From Tricharina praecox (lineage: Eukaryota): DNA of 64,000 nucleotides. The notes beneath the pieces were generated by a model that saw only the letters and a program-made list of their open reading frames with translations, was not told where the DNA came from and did no database searches. The translations under genes were made by a program, and so were the position numbers. The stretch covers positions 372,001 through 436,000 of the forward strand of contig NW_026250408.1 of the NCBI RefSeq assembly GCF_024521635.1, in the 5' to 3' direction. Shown one piece after another: positions 36,190 to 48,450 of this stretch (the stretch's first letter is position 1; the number at the start of each line of letters is the position of its first letter).

Positions 36190-38237
36190 ATGATGACTGG
36201 CGAAGTTGGTTCCTCGATACCGGAGGATACGCCGCATGTTCGTTTTTTCTCCCTTCGTATGAATGACTGGATCGGTTTTTGACTGTACGTGCGTGCGTAG
36301 GCGGTCAGCGTGTCGTTGCCCACATGGAAGGCGAATGTCGCGTATGAAGAAGGAGAGGCGTGGGTATTCGATAAGATGCAGACTGGATACCCCAGGTGCG
36401 ATTGATACTTCGAGTGGGTGGGTGGAGGCGGTTGCTGATGGGAAGAGTTGTAGGTTCTTCATCCACAAGAGCATCCAGAAGCTCTCATCGTCGATCCTCG
36501 CGAGCCACGGACGTCCCGGAGAGGACTGTATGCTCTTTCCCTCCGCCCATATTGCCCACCGCTGCAACCGCTTCTTGAAGCAGCACACCGCGACGCTAAC
36601 GCCGCCGTCGGTCCGCATCGTCGAGTTCACGCCCCGAGTCACCGGCGCTACCCGCACGACGATCATCTCCGGCCTCTCGGCAGTGTTCTTCCCCGCGCCG
36701 GATTTCAAGGTCGCGAAGCAGTTCTGGCAGCACTCGGGCGACGGCGTGTCATCGCGCCGCGCGGAGTTCTGTCAGCAGGAACTGGAGGAGGGTGTGTTGG
36801 TTGAGAAGGGACTTCCAGATGAGCTCTCGCAACGTCCAGCGAAGGGGCCGAAGAGATACTCAAAGGTTGCGGCGGATAAAGGTGCTGGTGGGAGGATCTC
36901 GCCAACGGAAGATACGTCCCGGTTCGTCGAGGAGAGGTTTGGCAGGAACTTGGGGGTGGAGTTTGTGGCGAATGCAAAGTTGGCGGTTAGGAGAAGGATT
37001 GCCGGAACCTTGAGGAGCAATGTTGCGCTGAGCGATGCGATTGCACTATCGAGGGAGGGTGGTAGAGATGTCGATGGGTTCACGGAGGAGGATGTGTACC
37101 TCTTCCCTACGGGTATGAGTGCCATCTTCAACTCTCACCAGCTGTTGATGGAGACAATCGAGCCGAGGAAGAGCGTTTGCTACGGGTATATCATCTTCTT
37201 CCTCCCTTCCGCGGGCCTCTACAACTGACTGTGCACTAGTTTCCCGTACATAGACACCCTCAAGATCCTCCAAAAGTTCGGTCCGGGTTGTCACTTCTAC
37301 GGCCACGGCTCCTCGGAAGACCTCGACGATCTCGAAAGCAAACTCCAATCCGGTGAGCGGGTGCTGGCGCTATTCTGCGAGTTCCCGGGAAACCCCCTCC
37401 TCATGTCCCCGGACCTCCAGCGAATCCGAAAGCTCGCCGACACCTACGATTTCGCCGTGGTGATCGACGAGACCGTCGGCAACCCGCTCAATGTACATGT
37501 CCTGCCGTTTGCGGATATCGTTGCCAGTAGCTTGACTAAGGTGTTCAGTGGGGATAGCAATGTTATGGGCGGAAGGTACGCTCTCCGCCCTCTCCCTCCT
37601 CCTGTGGCATGCACGCACTGACAGATCCCCCAGCCTGGTCCTTAACCCCAAAGGTCCCTACTACGCACGACTGAAGAAATCCCTCGACGCCACGTACGAA
37701 GACAACTTCTGGGGCGAAGACGCGCTCTTCCTCGAGCGCAACAGCCGGGACTTTGTGTCCCGCATCGAGCGAATCAACATCAACGCCGAAGCCGTGAGCA
37801 CTTTGCTGGTCAACCACCCCAAGAGTGTGTCCATCCCGCCCCTCCTCATCCCCTGCACTGCCCCCCACCAACCCCACTAACCCATCCACTTAGTCAAACG
37901 CGTCTACTACCCGAAATTCTCTCCCACGCGGTCATTCTACGACGCCTGCCGCTGCCCCGACGGCGGCTACGGCGGCCTGCTGAGCGTGACATTCTTTTCG
38001 ATGGAGGATGCCGTGCGCTTCTTTGACGTTATCGATACGGCGAAGGGTCCGAGTCTGGGCACTAATTTTACGCTCACTTCGCCGTACACGATCCTGGCTC
38101 ACTATGGTGAACTCGAATGGGCTGCACAGTATGGTGTCGAGGCGAATCTCGTAAGGGTCTCCGTGGGACTCGAGGATACGGAGGCCCTGGTGGGGATCTT
38201 TGGGGGGGCGTTGGAGGCGTTGGTGGCGGTGGTGTAG
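36190..38237 (+). CDS. STR2: Cystathionine gamma-synthase (PLP-dependent, fungal Met-7/MetB/Str2 type)
   Basis: [96 protein letters not shown]. Confidence 0.92.
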
Positions 38238-38998
38238 GGAGTAGAGAGAGTAGAAGCGGAGATGAGGGGGGCAGATAGATATCTTGTGCAAATAGACTTT
38301 GGAATCATCACTCGGGGTCTGGATTGGATATGATACCGGCATGAAGACCATGTGCTTCCGTGGAATTATAGATGTCTACCCAGCTCATCACCCGTCGATT
38401 CTCGATGGTCACTGCGAAAGTCGGCATCATAGTGATACCCCCTCTCCGTGAACGTGAATTGAGATGTGAAATGAAACTCCGGTACCCCCCCCTCCCCCCA
38501 GCGCCATCGTAATGACTCAGAAGAGCTCCCCAATTTCCTCAAGATACTGGTAGCCCGTGAATGTGAATTGAAATGTGAAATGAAATGAACCCCGTTACTC
38601 CCCAACGCCCCCAGCGCCCCCCGTATACGCCATGGTACAGATACAACTACAAAACGCCAGAAAAAAGAAGAAAAACCTCCAGAAAGATGAAGAGAACAAG
38701 AAACCAACAAATCAAATTATTAAACCGCCCTGACTTTATCCCATCCTGCTGGTCGTAGACCTTACCGAGTAGGAAGCCAGAGCGAAAAAGAAAGAAAAAA
38801 CCAGGAAAGAAAAAAACCAGGAAAAGGGCCATCTCCAAACACCACCGCCAATGGAAACCGACCCAAAAACCCGAAACCCCAACCCGAAGTCGAAAAGTAA
38901 AGAAAAAACTCCGACTCCCCAGAAGCCGAGCAAACCGAGGGGACGAAGAGAAACACACCATACTGTCGCCCGACTTCGACATCTTCAGATATCTCAGA

Positions 38999-40283
38999 TC
39001 AAAGCTTTTGCTGGGCGATCTTCTTTGTACCCAGGATGGTAAGCGCCCTGTGGACAAACGCCTCCCAATCGACCTTGCGCCTCCTCGCGATTTCCACGAA
39101 GTCCTCGTCGACATCCACCCCGGTCTCCGGTCCGACCGAGAGAAGATTGAACGTGCGCTCCTTGGGGTAACGACGCATCCTCTCGCGGACGGTGGAGCCA
39201 ACTTGAACGGTCCACTCGCTCTGGGGGCAGTTGCACACGCGCACAGGCCGCTTCTGGAGCCCATCGAGCTCGTAGAGGGCGCCGTTGATGTGGACGTAGG
39301 CGACGTAGTGAAACGCAGGGCCGTCGTCGTCGTAGTCCTCCTCCTCCTCCTCCTCCTCCTTCGCCTGCTTCTTCTTTGAGCCCTTCCCTTTGGATTTGGG
39401 CTTGGCAGCAGTCATGAACGGCCGCGTCTTGACCTGCTCTGTGAGCAAGATGTCGAGGTCCCGGCATTCAGACTGCCTGTTGATGTTGTTAGTGGCTGAA
39501 GAACTTTGGAGATCAGCGTGGGGGGTTCTTACCTGGCGAAGGAGTTGTGGATGTTGCGCAAATGGGGATTGTTGGCAACAGCGAGTCCCTTCATGGGAGG
39601 TGTCAGAGGAGCCGCGAACTCCTTGAACGCTGAGAGCGTTGCGCCGAGTTCGGCGGTTGAGTTGGCGAGGATATTGAGCATCGCAAGCGATGCGCAGGCG
39701 TTTTCGACGATCTATTGGCCGTAAGTATTTGAAGTGTGAAGTGTAAAGGAAGAGAAGTGGTTGTGGTGGGGGATTTGAGGGCTTTTATAGGAGAGGCAGA
39801 GGGGCCCAATGTCTGCGCGACTCTTTTCGGCGGGGATGCACTTACTTGATTGGCGAACCAAACACCCTCCGGACAAGTCGTCTCGATATCCCCTTCAACC
39901 TCCTCGTTGTCCCTGTGACGAAACAAGAAGATGATTCCATGGGCATTGACGAAACCGCGCATAGTATCCTCATCAGTACTGTAAACATCTTGTACGACGA
40001 CTCCCTTAACACCGAACTCTTTGATCAACTCGGTGAAAATAGCCTGCATATCGACGTTAGATATATTCGAAAATAGTATATCACTTGCGGAGAGCGATAT
40101 ACTTACCGGCTCGCTCTCGACAGGAGCCCAACCAGGCCACTCCTCCGTAACCTCTCCATCAACCTTCTCTTCAGTTGACGAAGCGGTGGATTGTGACACT
40201 GCGGGAAGCGCAGCACTGGTCTTTTTGTTTGGTTTAGCACTAGACATATGGGAAGCCTTGCGTTTGGTTGGAGCCATTGTCAT
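38999..40283 (-). CDS. Ubiquitin C-terminal hydrolase, UCH37/BAP1-like (peptidase C12), lacking a long C-terminal ULD
   Basis: ESEPAIFTEL, GIIFLF, WFANQ|IVENACAS (Gln/Cys), HNSFAR, AFHYVAYVHINGALYELDGL (His/Asp), FNLLSV. Three introns. Confidence 0.88.
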
Positions 40284-40342
40284 CTGATAGTATTGGGTCG
40301 AAAGGTTGAGTCGGCTGGACGAAAAGGGTTGGCGGTGACAAA

Positions 40343-40404
40343 GTGAGTCGTCGGCGATGAAGTGAGTCGTCGGTGGTGAAGGAAGTCGTCGGTGGTGAAG
40401 GAAG
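40343..40404. repeat. Three ~18-bp tandem copies (AGTCGTCGGTGGTGAAG) in the 5' leader of the UCH gene
   Basis: Seen directly. Confidence 0.7.
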
Positions 40405-40793
40405 TAGTAGATTAAAGAAATGTGGCCGAAAGTTGTGGGGGAAAGTGAAACTGGGATTGTGAACTGAAGCTTCTTTAGAGTTGTGGATTGAGTTGGAACG
40501 GGAGACGTGGGGCGACGCGGGTCGTGCAGTAGAGCGCACTACCTACTGCATGCCAAGACTTCATAGTCCGCGACTGTGGCTTTCGCAATAGCTCATGCCA
40601 AGACCCCAAATCCGCCAATAGGGCTCGGTTAGTGCCCTTAGTAGCAGAGCCTCACGTCAGTCGGATTTGTACGTGACTACGTCCGTACCGAGATTTCCAT
40701 ATACCTTGTAGCGAGATTCTATGTATACGGAGGCGTGCACGCCATGATCTATAAGTCGAACGTACGAGGAAACAAACTGTCTATCGGGAAATA

Positions 40794-42387
40794 CAGTAGC
40801 AAAAAGTGGGGTGCGACTCCTTCCGCAGGTCATGAGTAGAACCGCCGTATAGGTAAAAACCTAGCAGTTTTCCGAAAATACAGATATATTTTTTTATTCC
40901 TTTCTTCCCATAGTCCAAGCTCTACGGTATCGAAAATCTTTACGTAGGGTTGTAAAGATATGCATACCAAAAAGTGGGAAGAGCCACTGCAATTCTTCCA
41001 GACGCAAAATCTTACGTGGTGTCGGGAATACCAGAGACATACCAGGAAACTACCTTGTATGCACAACAACGTAGTGCAGAGAGCACCGTTGTCATGTCAA
41101 CCAAATGGTCCCTGGACTGTAGTAAAACTACAACCACAAGAGAAATCCATAGAAACCCTTTGGCTTCAAAAAATACGTATTGTGGGTAAGACGTGTTGTG
41201 CGCAAGCAAAAATGTACGACATTCTGGCAGTTTTCAGGTACTACTACCACCATTACTACTACTATTACTACTACTACTACTACTACTGCTACTACTGATT
41301 ACTGTAGGCGGCTCGTGCTTCCAATCGAAGCATCTGCCAACCACCGATACCCTCCCCACAGTTGCGGTGGGAGTAGCAGTAGTAGTTGCGGCGAGGGGAG
41401 GAGTTGTGGGGGGAGGAGGAGTTGTGGGGGGGAGTTCCGGGGGGGAGTTGTGATGATGAAAAAAGGAATAAGAAGAAGCAGAAGAAGGAAGTGAGTTCAA
41501 AGACTGCCGGCGAGCAAAGGAGGGGGGGGTGGAGGAGGGGGGGTTGACCGTCTATTCTGTAGGAGATGAACAAGAAAGAAGAAGAAGAAGAAGAAACGCC
41601 GCGGGACCCAGCTTAAGTACCCCTCCTCCGCACTCGGTCGGCCCCGCCATGCCCGCCATGCCCGCCAACGTTGAGGCCCACTACTAACCACATTCGATTT
41701 CACCCGCCGACCCCCCTCGCGCTGCAGTGGAGGCAGTACTGCTGCCGCCTGGGGGCCATATATGCAATACTGGCGCCGGTGACTAGAGTCATTCCCACTC
41801 ATCGACTAGTCACTCCCACCCGATGACCAGAGTCATTCCCACTCGGTGGCTAGTCATTCCCAATTTAGTGACTAGTCCTTCCTGCTCGGTGACGAGTCAT
41901 TCCCCCACCCTGTCTGAGGTATCCCTAGCCCAGGACGGACTAGACGGACGAAGCCCCATGGTACTCCAAAAGATCGCATTGTACGGACTCTATGGTACTG
42001 GTGAGCACAGATTTCTGCAAGCACGGAAGTCTTTTAGTAGAGATATCGCAGACATCCGGTGACGATCACGCAGTACCATTGAAGTTAACCCAATAGGCAG
42101 TTTTGTTTACCATATGATTCTAGAACTATGTAGATTTTATATTTACGTATTATATGCAAATGTGACTGCAACACTGAATAACTCTCGTGATCTGTAGTAG
42201 ACGTATTATATTTTGATACATGGTGTGGGAAAGATGGTAGTCCTTTTTTCTATGTGAAAATACGTGATGTCTGTTTTTTTTAAAAAAAAAGTAAAAATAC
42301 GGGTTAAGTAAAAACCTGTTAGTTCTTTAGTATTGCGATAACCCTGGTATTTTTCAGGTAGTAATCGCACCCCACTTTTTGCTACTG
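40794..42387. mobile_element. Non-autonomous Tc1/mariner-like DNA transposon (1594 bp) with perfect 23-bp TIRs and TA flanks
   Basis: TA|CAGTAGCAAAAAGTGGGGTGCGA at 40794-40816 and its exact reverse complement TCGCACCCCACTTTTTGCTACTG|TA at 42365-42387. No intact transposase inside. Confidence 0.88.
41779..41908. repeat. Six ~21-23-bp tandem units (GTGACTAG(A)GTCATTCCCACTC consensus) inside the TIR element
   Basis: Seen directly. Confidence 0.8.
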
Positions 42388-43946
42388 TAGTTACAACTTC
42401 ATACCAACGGATAGAGCCCCATTTGTGCTCTCCGAAGATTTCCAAAGCTCTATTCTTCTACCGTGCGGAGGGCGAAATGCTTCTACCTTCGCATGCTTTA
42501 TATTTACTCTGCCCTCACCCGCTCTCATTCTAGATGCGGACATTCTTTGAGATTCTCTGAGGCTTCTTCTTTATCGGATCAAGAGCTACCCAGTTCCGAG
42601 ATACAGCAGAGGAAATTGTCTTGACGTAGATTGATTGCCTGGCAACTGCTGGACAACAGTTGACACTGGCTTCTATTGGTAAGCACGTATAAAGAGGCTC
42701 TTTGTATTCCAGCTTCATTCAACCGGGATTCCTTTGAGTCCTTCCTAGAATCCAACACTTCAGGTTCCCATCACTTGAAGATCAATCGCAATAGGCAAGA
42801 AACGACCAAAACCACGGCATAGGCCGATCTCGTATGTAGAAGTTGTCGATAGGTGGCCTCGTCCGCCAGCAGCTTTTTTATTTGGCCATACTCACTCGTC
42901 TGCCAGTGGCAGAGAGAGGGAATAAACATCAATTTATTGTTGCATACGGCCTTACTAGAGTGCCGGTAGACGATGGCGACTACAAACTCAACCTTTCCTG
43001 CCAGCTCCGCCGGATGGAGAGAAAGTTCTACCACCACGGCCCGTTGCTGTGCCACTGCTCACCAGCCAATTTTACAAAGGAAAACATGATCGCGCTCATT
43101 GTCCACACCCTCCGCACACGCAATACCTAGAAATGCCACTGCATAGGAAAGACCGCCACATGCGAGTGATAGGGCTTCATGGTAATCCTGCGGCGTTGTC
43201 GCAGATTGCTTGTTGGATGAGAGTCTCGGCTTTCAGTGATGAGGGAGGCCGTGCATGGAAGCGGACCCACCTTTCGGCCTCCTTGACGTGAGTATATCCT
43301 CTCAGCACCTGTCTTCTCGAGTTGGTCTTAATGGGCCACATTCTTGTAGGTATCCTGCCATCTGTATCATCGAACAACATTGATACTAGAGAAGAGGCTG
43401 AATACAACTTGGTTTCTGTCCCGAACGTATCTTATCTCCGCAGTGAATGTTAAGAACCCGAGAGTTGGAAAACACCATGTTCACGGTTCACCATGCTGTC
43501 ACGCTCAGCCTCGGAAAGGTTGGGTTAGCCTTGCTCAGGACAGCCGAGTCCACCAACCAACCAGGCATATGATGGGGAATGGAGCGGGACTGCTGTAAAT
43601 ACTTCTCACTTTTCTCCAGTGGTGTTCGGGAAGAATATTTCAGAGTGGAATGGTTCGCACTCTCCTACTCGACTCGACTTCCTCCAAATAGACAGGCCAT
43701 GCTGTCGTTGTTATCTATCCCGGCAAAATCCACGTGCCCACCACAAAAATTGCACACTCGCGTCTCCCTTTTGCTAGCTGCATGACGGCGTGAGATCTGT
43801 TGAACTACTACCGCCGCCTTCACGACACGACACGACAACACATCCTCCATCCACGAAGACAAGCTCACTCTGTCTCCTGATCCTCAGCAAACTCGTTCGT
43901 CCCTACTCCACCCTTCCTCTGCGCTGCGTGTGAATGGCCTAGGAAG

Positions 43947-46900
43947 ATGAGCAACAACAATCCCCAGGAAACCCCACGGTTTCCATCGTCATTTCCCGAA
44001 TCTCCACATCCTACCGCTCTTCGTTCTCGCCCTCCTCCCCCTCCTCCTCAAAGACCGTTCGGCAATCAACCGCAGCGACGAACAGGGGCGTTAGGAACAC
44101 AGGCGAATACCGCCGCGACGACGACACCGACATCGACGACGACAACGACGACAACACCGCCGTCAACGACGATACCCTCTGCGGTGGTCCAGCCAGTCGT
44201 CGGAGAGAATGATACCCTGATCCCAACAAACATCATCGACACGCCCACGCAAAGACTATACGTGGTCGGAATATTCGGTTTGCTCCAGGCATGGAAGTTG
44301 TACGACATTTCGCGACTTTGGGCCGACGAAGGGGATATCACGACGCTCTGGTTCTGCCTGAAATGGTGGTTCGCCGATGCGCTTTTCTTTTGGAACCTGC
44401 CTTACTTGAGAATACCGTGGCTGCGATTTGATCCTTCTGCTACCCTCTCCATCATCATGTGGCTCGCCTTGGTCGATCTCTTACTTCCTCATGTCTCCGG
44501 CGCGCCAATCATTGCCGTGTTTTCGAGCCTGTGGAAACTCGTCTACGATCGCGAACTCTCCATATCGGAGAGACGTGTGAAATGGAACGACATCATCTAT
44601 AACGACACTCACATCATGGGAAAGTACACGGTGCATATCCTACCTGAGGGCGCCGCCAAGCTGAATCCGGACGGGAACTGCTTCTGTTTGGGCCCTTCAT
44701 CGCCGGTCATCACCGTTCCCATCAAGATCAATGGAACCACTCCGATCAAAATCCAGCTCACAAGGGCCGACCTTGACACCGGCCACGTGGATATCATGGA
44801 TCTCCAGCCGAAGGAAATCAAGAGACTCATAAAACAAGCACCGCGCGAGGATGAACCGGATCTACGTTATCTTCCCTACACCATTAAAACCCCCGGTCTT
44901 TACCGCCTCACGAAGGTCAGGGACGTCTCTGAACTCGACGTACGTATTCAGGATGCCTATGCGCTCGTCGTGAAGTGTCCCCAGGCCAAGATCAAGACCA
45001 CGCCCGGAGCAAAGAAAGATGTGTGCAAGCACGATATGTCGGATCTGTCCATTCAACTGGAGGGACTAGCTCCCCTTTCCGTCACCTATAGCCGTGTCGT
45101 TAAGGGCAAAGCGACTACCCTTAGCGTTGGCAGAATTCATCCGGAAAACTACGAGTCACCACTTTTGAACAACCCTCGCCTTGAAGGGCATCTTCGCGAA
45201 CGAGGTTACGAAGACCTTACATCCTGGGGCAAACGCGAGACCCTCGATGTTGCTCTCAACGATTCGATGACCTCGACTGGCGATTGGCTGTATGAAATCG
45301 ACCAGGTCACTGACGGATGTGGTAATCTGATAGACTACAAGGCCCATCAAGAGGAGGGAGATTCGTGGCTTCCGAAGTCGACTGATATGGCCGGCCTTGG
45401 GCACAAGCTGGTTGTTCACGAACGACCGTCGGTGCGGTTCGGTAATTGCGACCTCAAGAATCCGCTGCAAGTTCCGAGGGGCTCTAAGGGTGCCCTTCCC
45501 GTCAAACTCGATACCAGGGGTTCCGATGCGCCCTATAACTTCAAGGTCGCCTTTACACCGCAGAGCAAGCTTGGTTCCGCGTCTGAGCATGCGCCAGATG
45601 CTCAAATCCTAGAATACACTTGGAAGAGTCCATCGGACTTGGTCATGGTCAAGGAGCCTGGACTTTACAGTTTGCGCCAGGCCTCGAGCGCTTACTGTAC
45701 TGGCGACGTGTACGAACCAGCTTCTTGTCTCGTGGTGACTCCACCGGAGCCTTCAATGACGATGGAACACGATGAGATTTTGGACAAGTGCACCAAATCC
45801 TCAGTCGGACTCAATATCGACCTTACTCTTGTCGGTTCACCGCCGTTCAGTCTTCAGTACCGTCTCATCAAGGACAAGGGCACCGCAGAGGTTAGGACCC
45901 TTCGGATTGATAGGACGAGACACCAGGAACGTTTCACGCCGGAGGACCCCGGCAACTACACCTACGAATTCTTTAGTCTGGATGACAAGAACTACGGGGG
46001 CATTAAGCTCAATCCTGCTTTATACCGTGTGGAGCAGGCCGTCAAGCCAACTGCTGGTGCACACTTTATCAACCCGACCGCAAAGAGGACAGCTTGTATC
46101 GACGAGCCGGTGGAATTCGAGGTTAAGATGGTCGGCGATGCACCTTGGAACCTCCAGTACGATCTCATCCACAATGGAAGAAGGGTCCGGTATTCCGAGA
46201 AGGACATCACTTCGCCGATTTACAAGATCAAGACGCCTCCTCTTACGACTGGTGGTGAGCATTCTTTGGCTTTGACTTCGGTAGAAGATCAGAACGGATG
46301 CAAAGTGTTTTTGGAGTCGGAGGCCAAGGTTAGCGTACGCTTCCAGAGGCCCAAGGCTCAGTTCTCCCCCCACGAGGGCAAGATGTCGATCCGTGCTCTC
46401 GAAGGCAAGACCGTCAAGATCCCGCTCCGCTTGAGTGGTGAAGCTGTAAGTCGTCCAATGAAACCACTCGCGAGAACTATCGTATCCTAATAATCATTTA
46501 GCCTTGGTTCATCAAAATCAAAAACCTCGAAACCGATACTCCGGCAGAAGAACTCCGATTCGACAGTGCCAACACTCAGTACCAGGTTACCAAAGTTGGT
46601 ACTTACCAGATTGAGGACGTTCGCGATAGTGAATGCCCTGGTGCTGTCACCCCGCCAAACGACAAGTTCACGGTATCTATCATCGAGAGACCCAAAGTCC
46701 GACTGCCACCGTCCAGTTCAATCACCCAGAAGGATGGTATCTTTGTCCGGAAGGAGGTATGCGAGGGCGATGAGGATGCAGTCGAGCTTGCATTCATTGG
46801 TCAGCCGCCGTTTACTGTGGACTACCAACGGAGCTACCGTCCTGAGGGTACTAAACGTCAACTCGAGAAGACTGATGATAGGCTGGTCGCTGGATTGTCG

Positions 46901-47984
46901 ACTGCCACTGTCCGACTGGAGACTCACAAGTCTGGTCTGCACGAGTACAAGTTCAACCGCCTTGCTGATGGACTCTACGATGACCCACGGGATCGCAACA
47001 TACCGGCACCGATTGTTTTACAACAGACAGTCTACCCCCGTCCATCTACCACGTTCTTGAACCCCAACAAAGTGTACAAGTACTGCCTGGACTCGGCTGT
47101 TGCCGGAGAGGATAGCATCATTCCTATTCAGCTTACGGGACTTGCTCCGTTCGCACTTACCGTTCACATCAAGCATCACAACACGGGTAAGAAGGATATA
47201 GTACACCTTCCGCTGATCGACTCCAACTTCTACGACTTCAAGATACCCTCGCACGTCCTCACCCTCGGCGACCACACAGTGACCATCCACAAAGTCAAGG
47301 ATGCGCGCGGCTGTTCCCGTAGAATGGACGACGGCCCGCACGTGACGGTCGCTGTCGCGGACATGCCCACCATCTCTCCCTCCGACCAACGCAAAGACTA
47401 CTGTGTGGGAGAGCGTATCGCATACACACTTGCCGGTCTCCCGCCATTCGCAGTCCAGTACAAATGGAACGGCGAGACGATGCTGGCTGCCAATCAGCCC
47501 TCCTCGTTCGTCCGTGTTGCCGAGCGCCCAGGAAACTTCACCATCACCGGGTTGCAGGATAGTGCCAGCGACTGCCAGGTAGCCGTCGACCTCCAACGCA
47601 CCATCCACGAAGTGCCCTCCGTCAGGATCAGCGAGGGAGAAGCTGTCATTAAGGGAATTCCTCAAGGTACGTCTAACTACATACCCTCTCCTCTCCTCCC
47701 CCCTCCCTTTTTATTTCCTATCCTCATCAACTAACACAACAACGACAGGTGACCAAGCTGAAATCACATTCCGCTTCTACGGCACCCCGCCTTTCACCTT
47801 CACCTACACCCGTAGCGCAATCTACAAGAAGGGCCAGAAGCCGCGCGTCCTCGAGAGCCACACCCGCATGGCCGACGACTACACGTACAGCATGTTTGCC
47901 AGTCTGGAGGGAACGTATGAAGTCACTTCGATCGAGGATCGGTACTGCTCATATCCTCCATCTAGCGCTAGGAAGTCGGGATAG
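43947..47984 (+). CDS. POM152: Nuclear pore membrane glycoprotein Pom152, 3 exons
   Basis: IDTPTQRLY, LQAWKLYD, LPYLRIPWL, ELSISERRVK, IMGKYTVHILPEGAAKLNP, and repeated Ig-like modules (GxPPF.L.Y). Spliced stop at 47982-47984. Confidence 0.93.
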
Positions 47985-48450
47985 AAAAGGAAGAAAAAGA
48001 AGAAGAAGAAGAAGAAGAAGGGGGTGATTTGTAATAGTAGAGTGTAGGGAAGGTGTAGGGAAGGTGGGGGAAAGGGGAGGAGGCATGAATGGACGACGGC
48101 GTTAAAGTGGTTTTGATTTGCTTTATTTTCATTACAATTACTGTTACTCTGTTGCTTTCTTTACCTTCGCGTTACTACTTATGTTTATTGGTACTTCTTT
48201 TGGGGTTCATTATTGTGGTTAAGGAAGTTCAGGCCTGAATCGACCTGATAGGTATCGTGCTGCACGTGTATTCCTATTCCTATTGACGAGTGCTATGGGT
48301 GTTTTCCAGGACGACCATCGTCACAATAAGTACGCGGAAATGGTTTGTAGAAGTATGTGCAAAACAATGAATACTTCTGAATCACGAGCAACCGGCTCAT
48401 CCATTTACCACCGTTCTATATTTGAACATCCAACTACATATTTACAGCAA

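Noticed and set aside
41130..41165. KSIETLW resembling the Tc1 motif NPIENLW
   Set aside because: Too short, and no other DDE motifs nearby; could be chance.
41779..41908. CRISPR-like array
   Set aside because: Contiguous degenerate units with no spacers, in a eukaryotic context with no cas genes.
42400..43870. Short ORFs between the TIR element and POM152
   Set aside because: Stops in all frames and no identifiable homology by eye; may be a decayed gene but cannot be supported.
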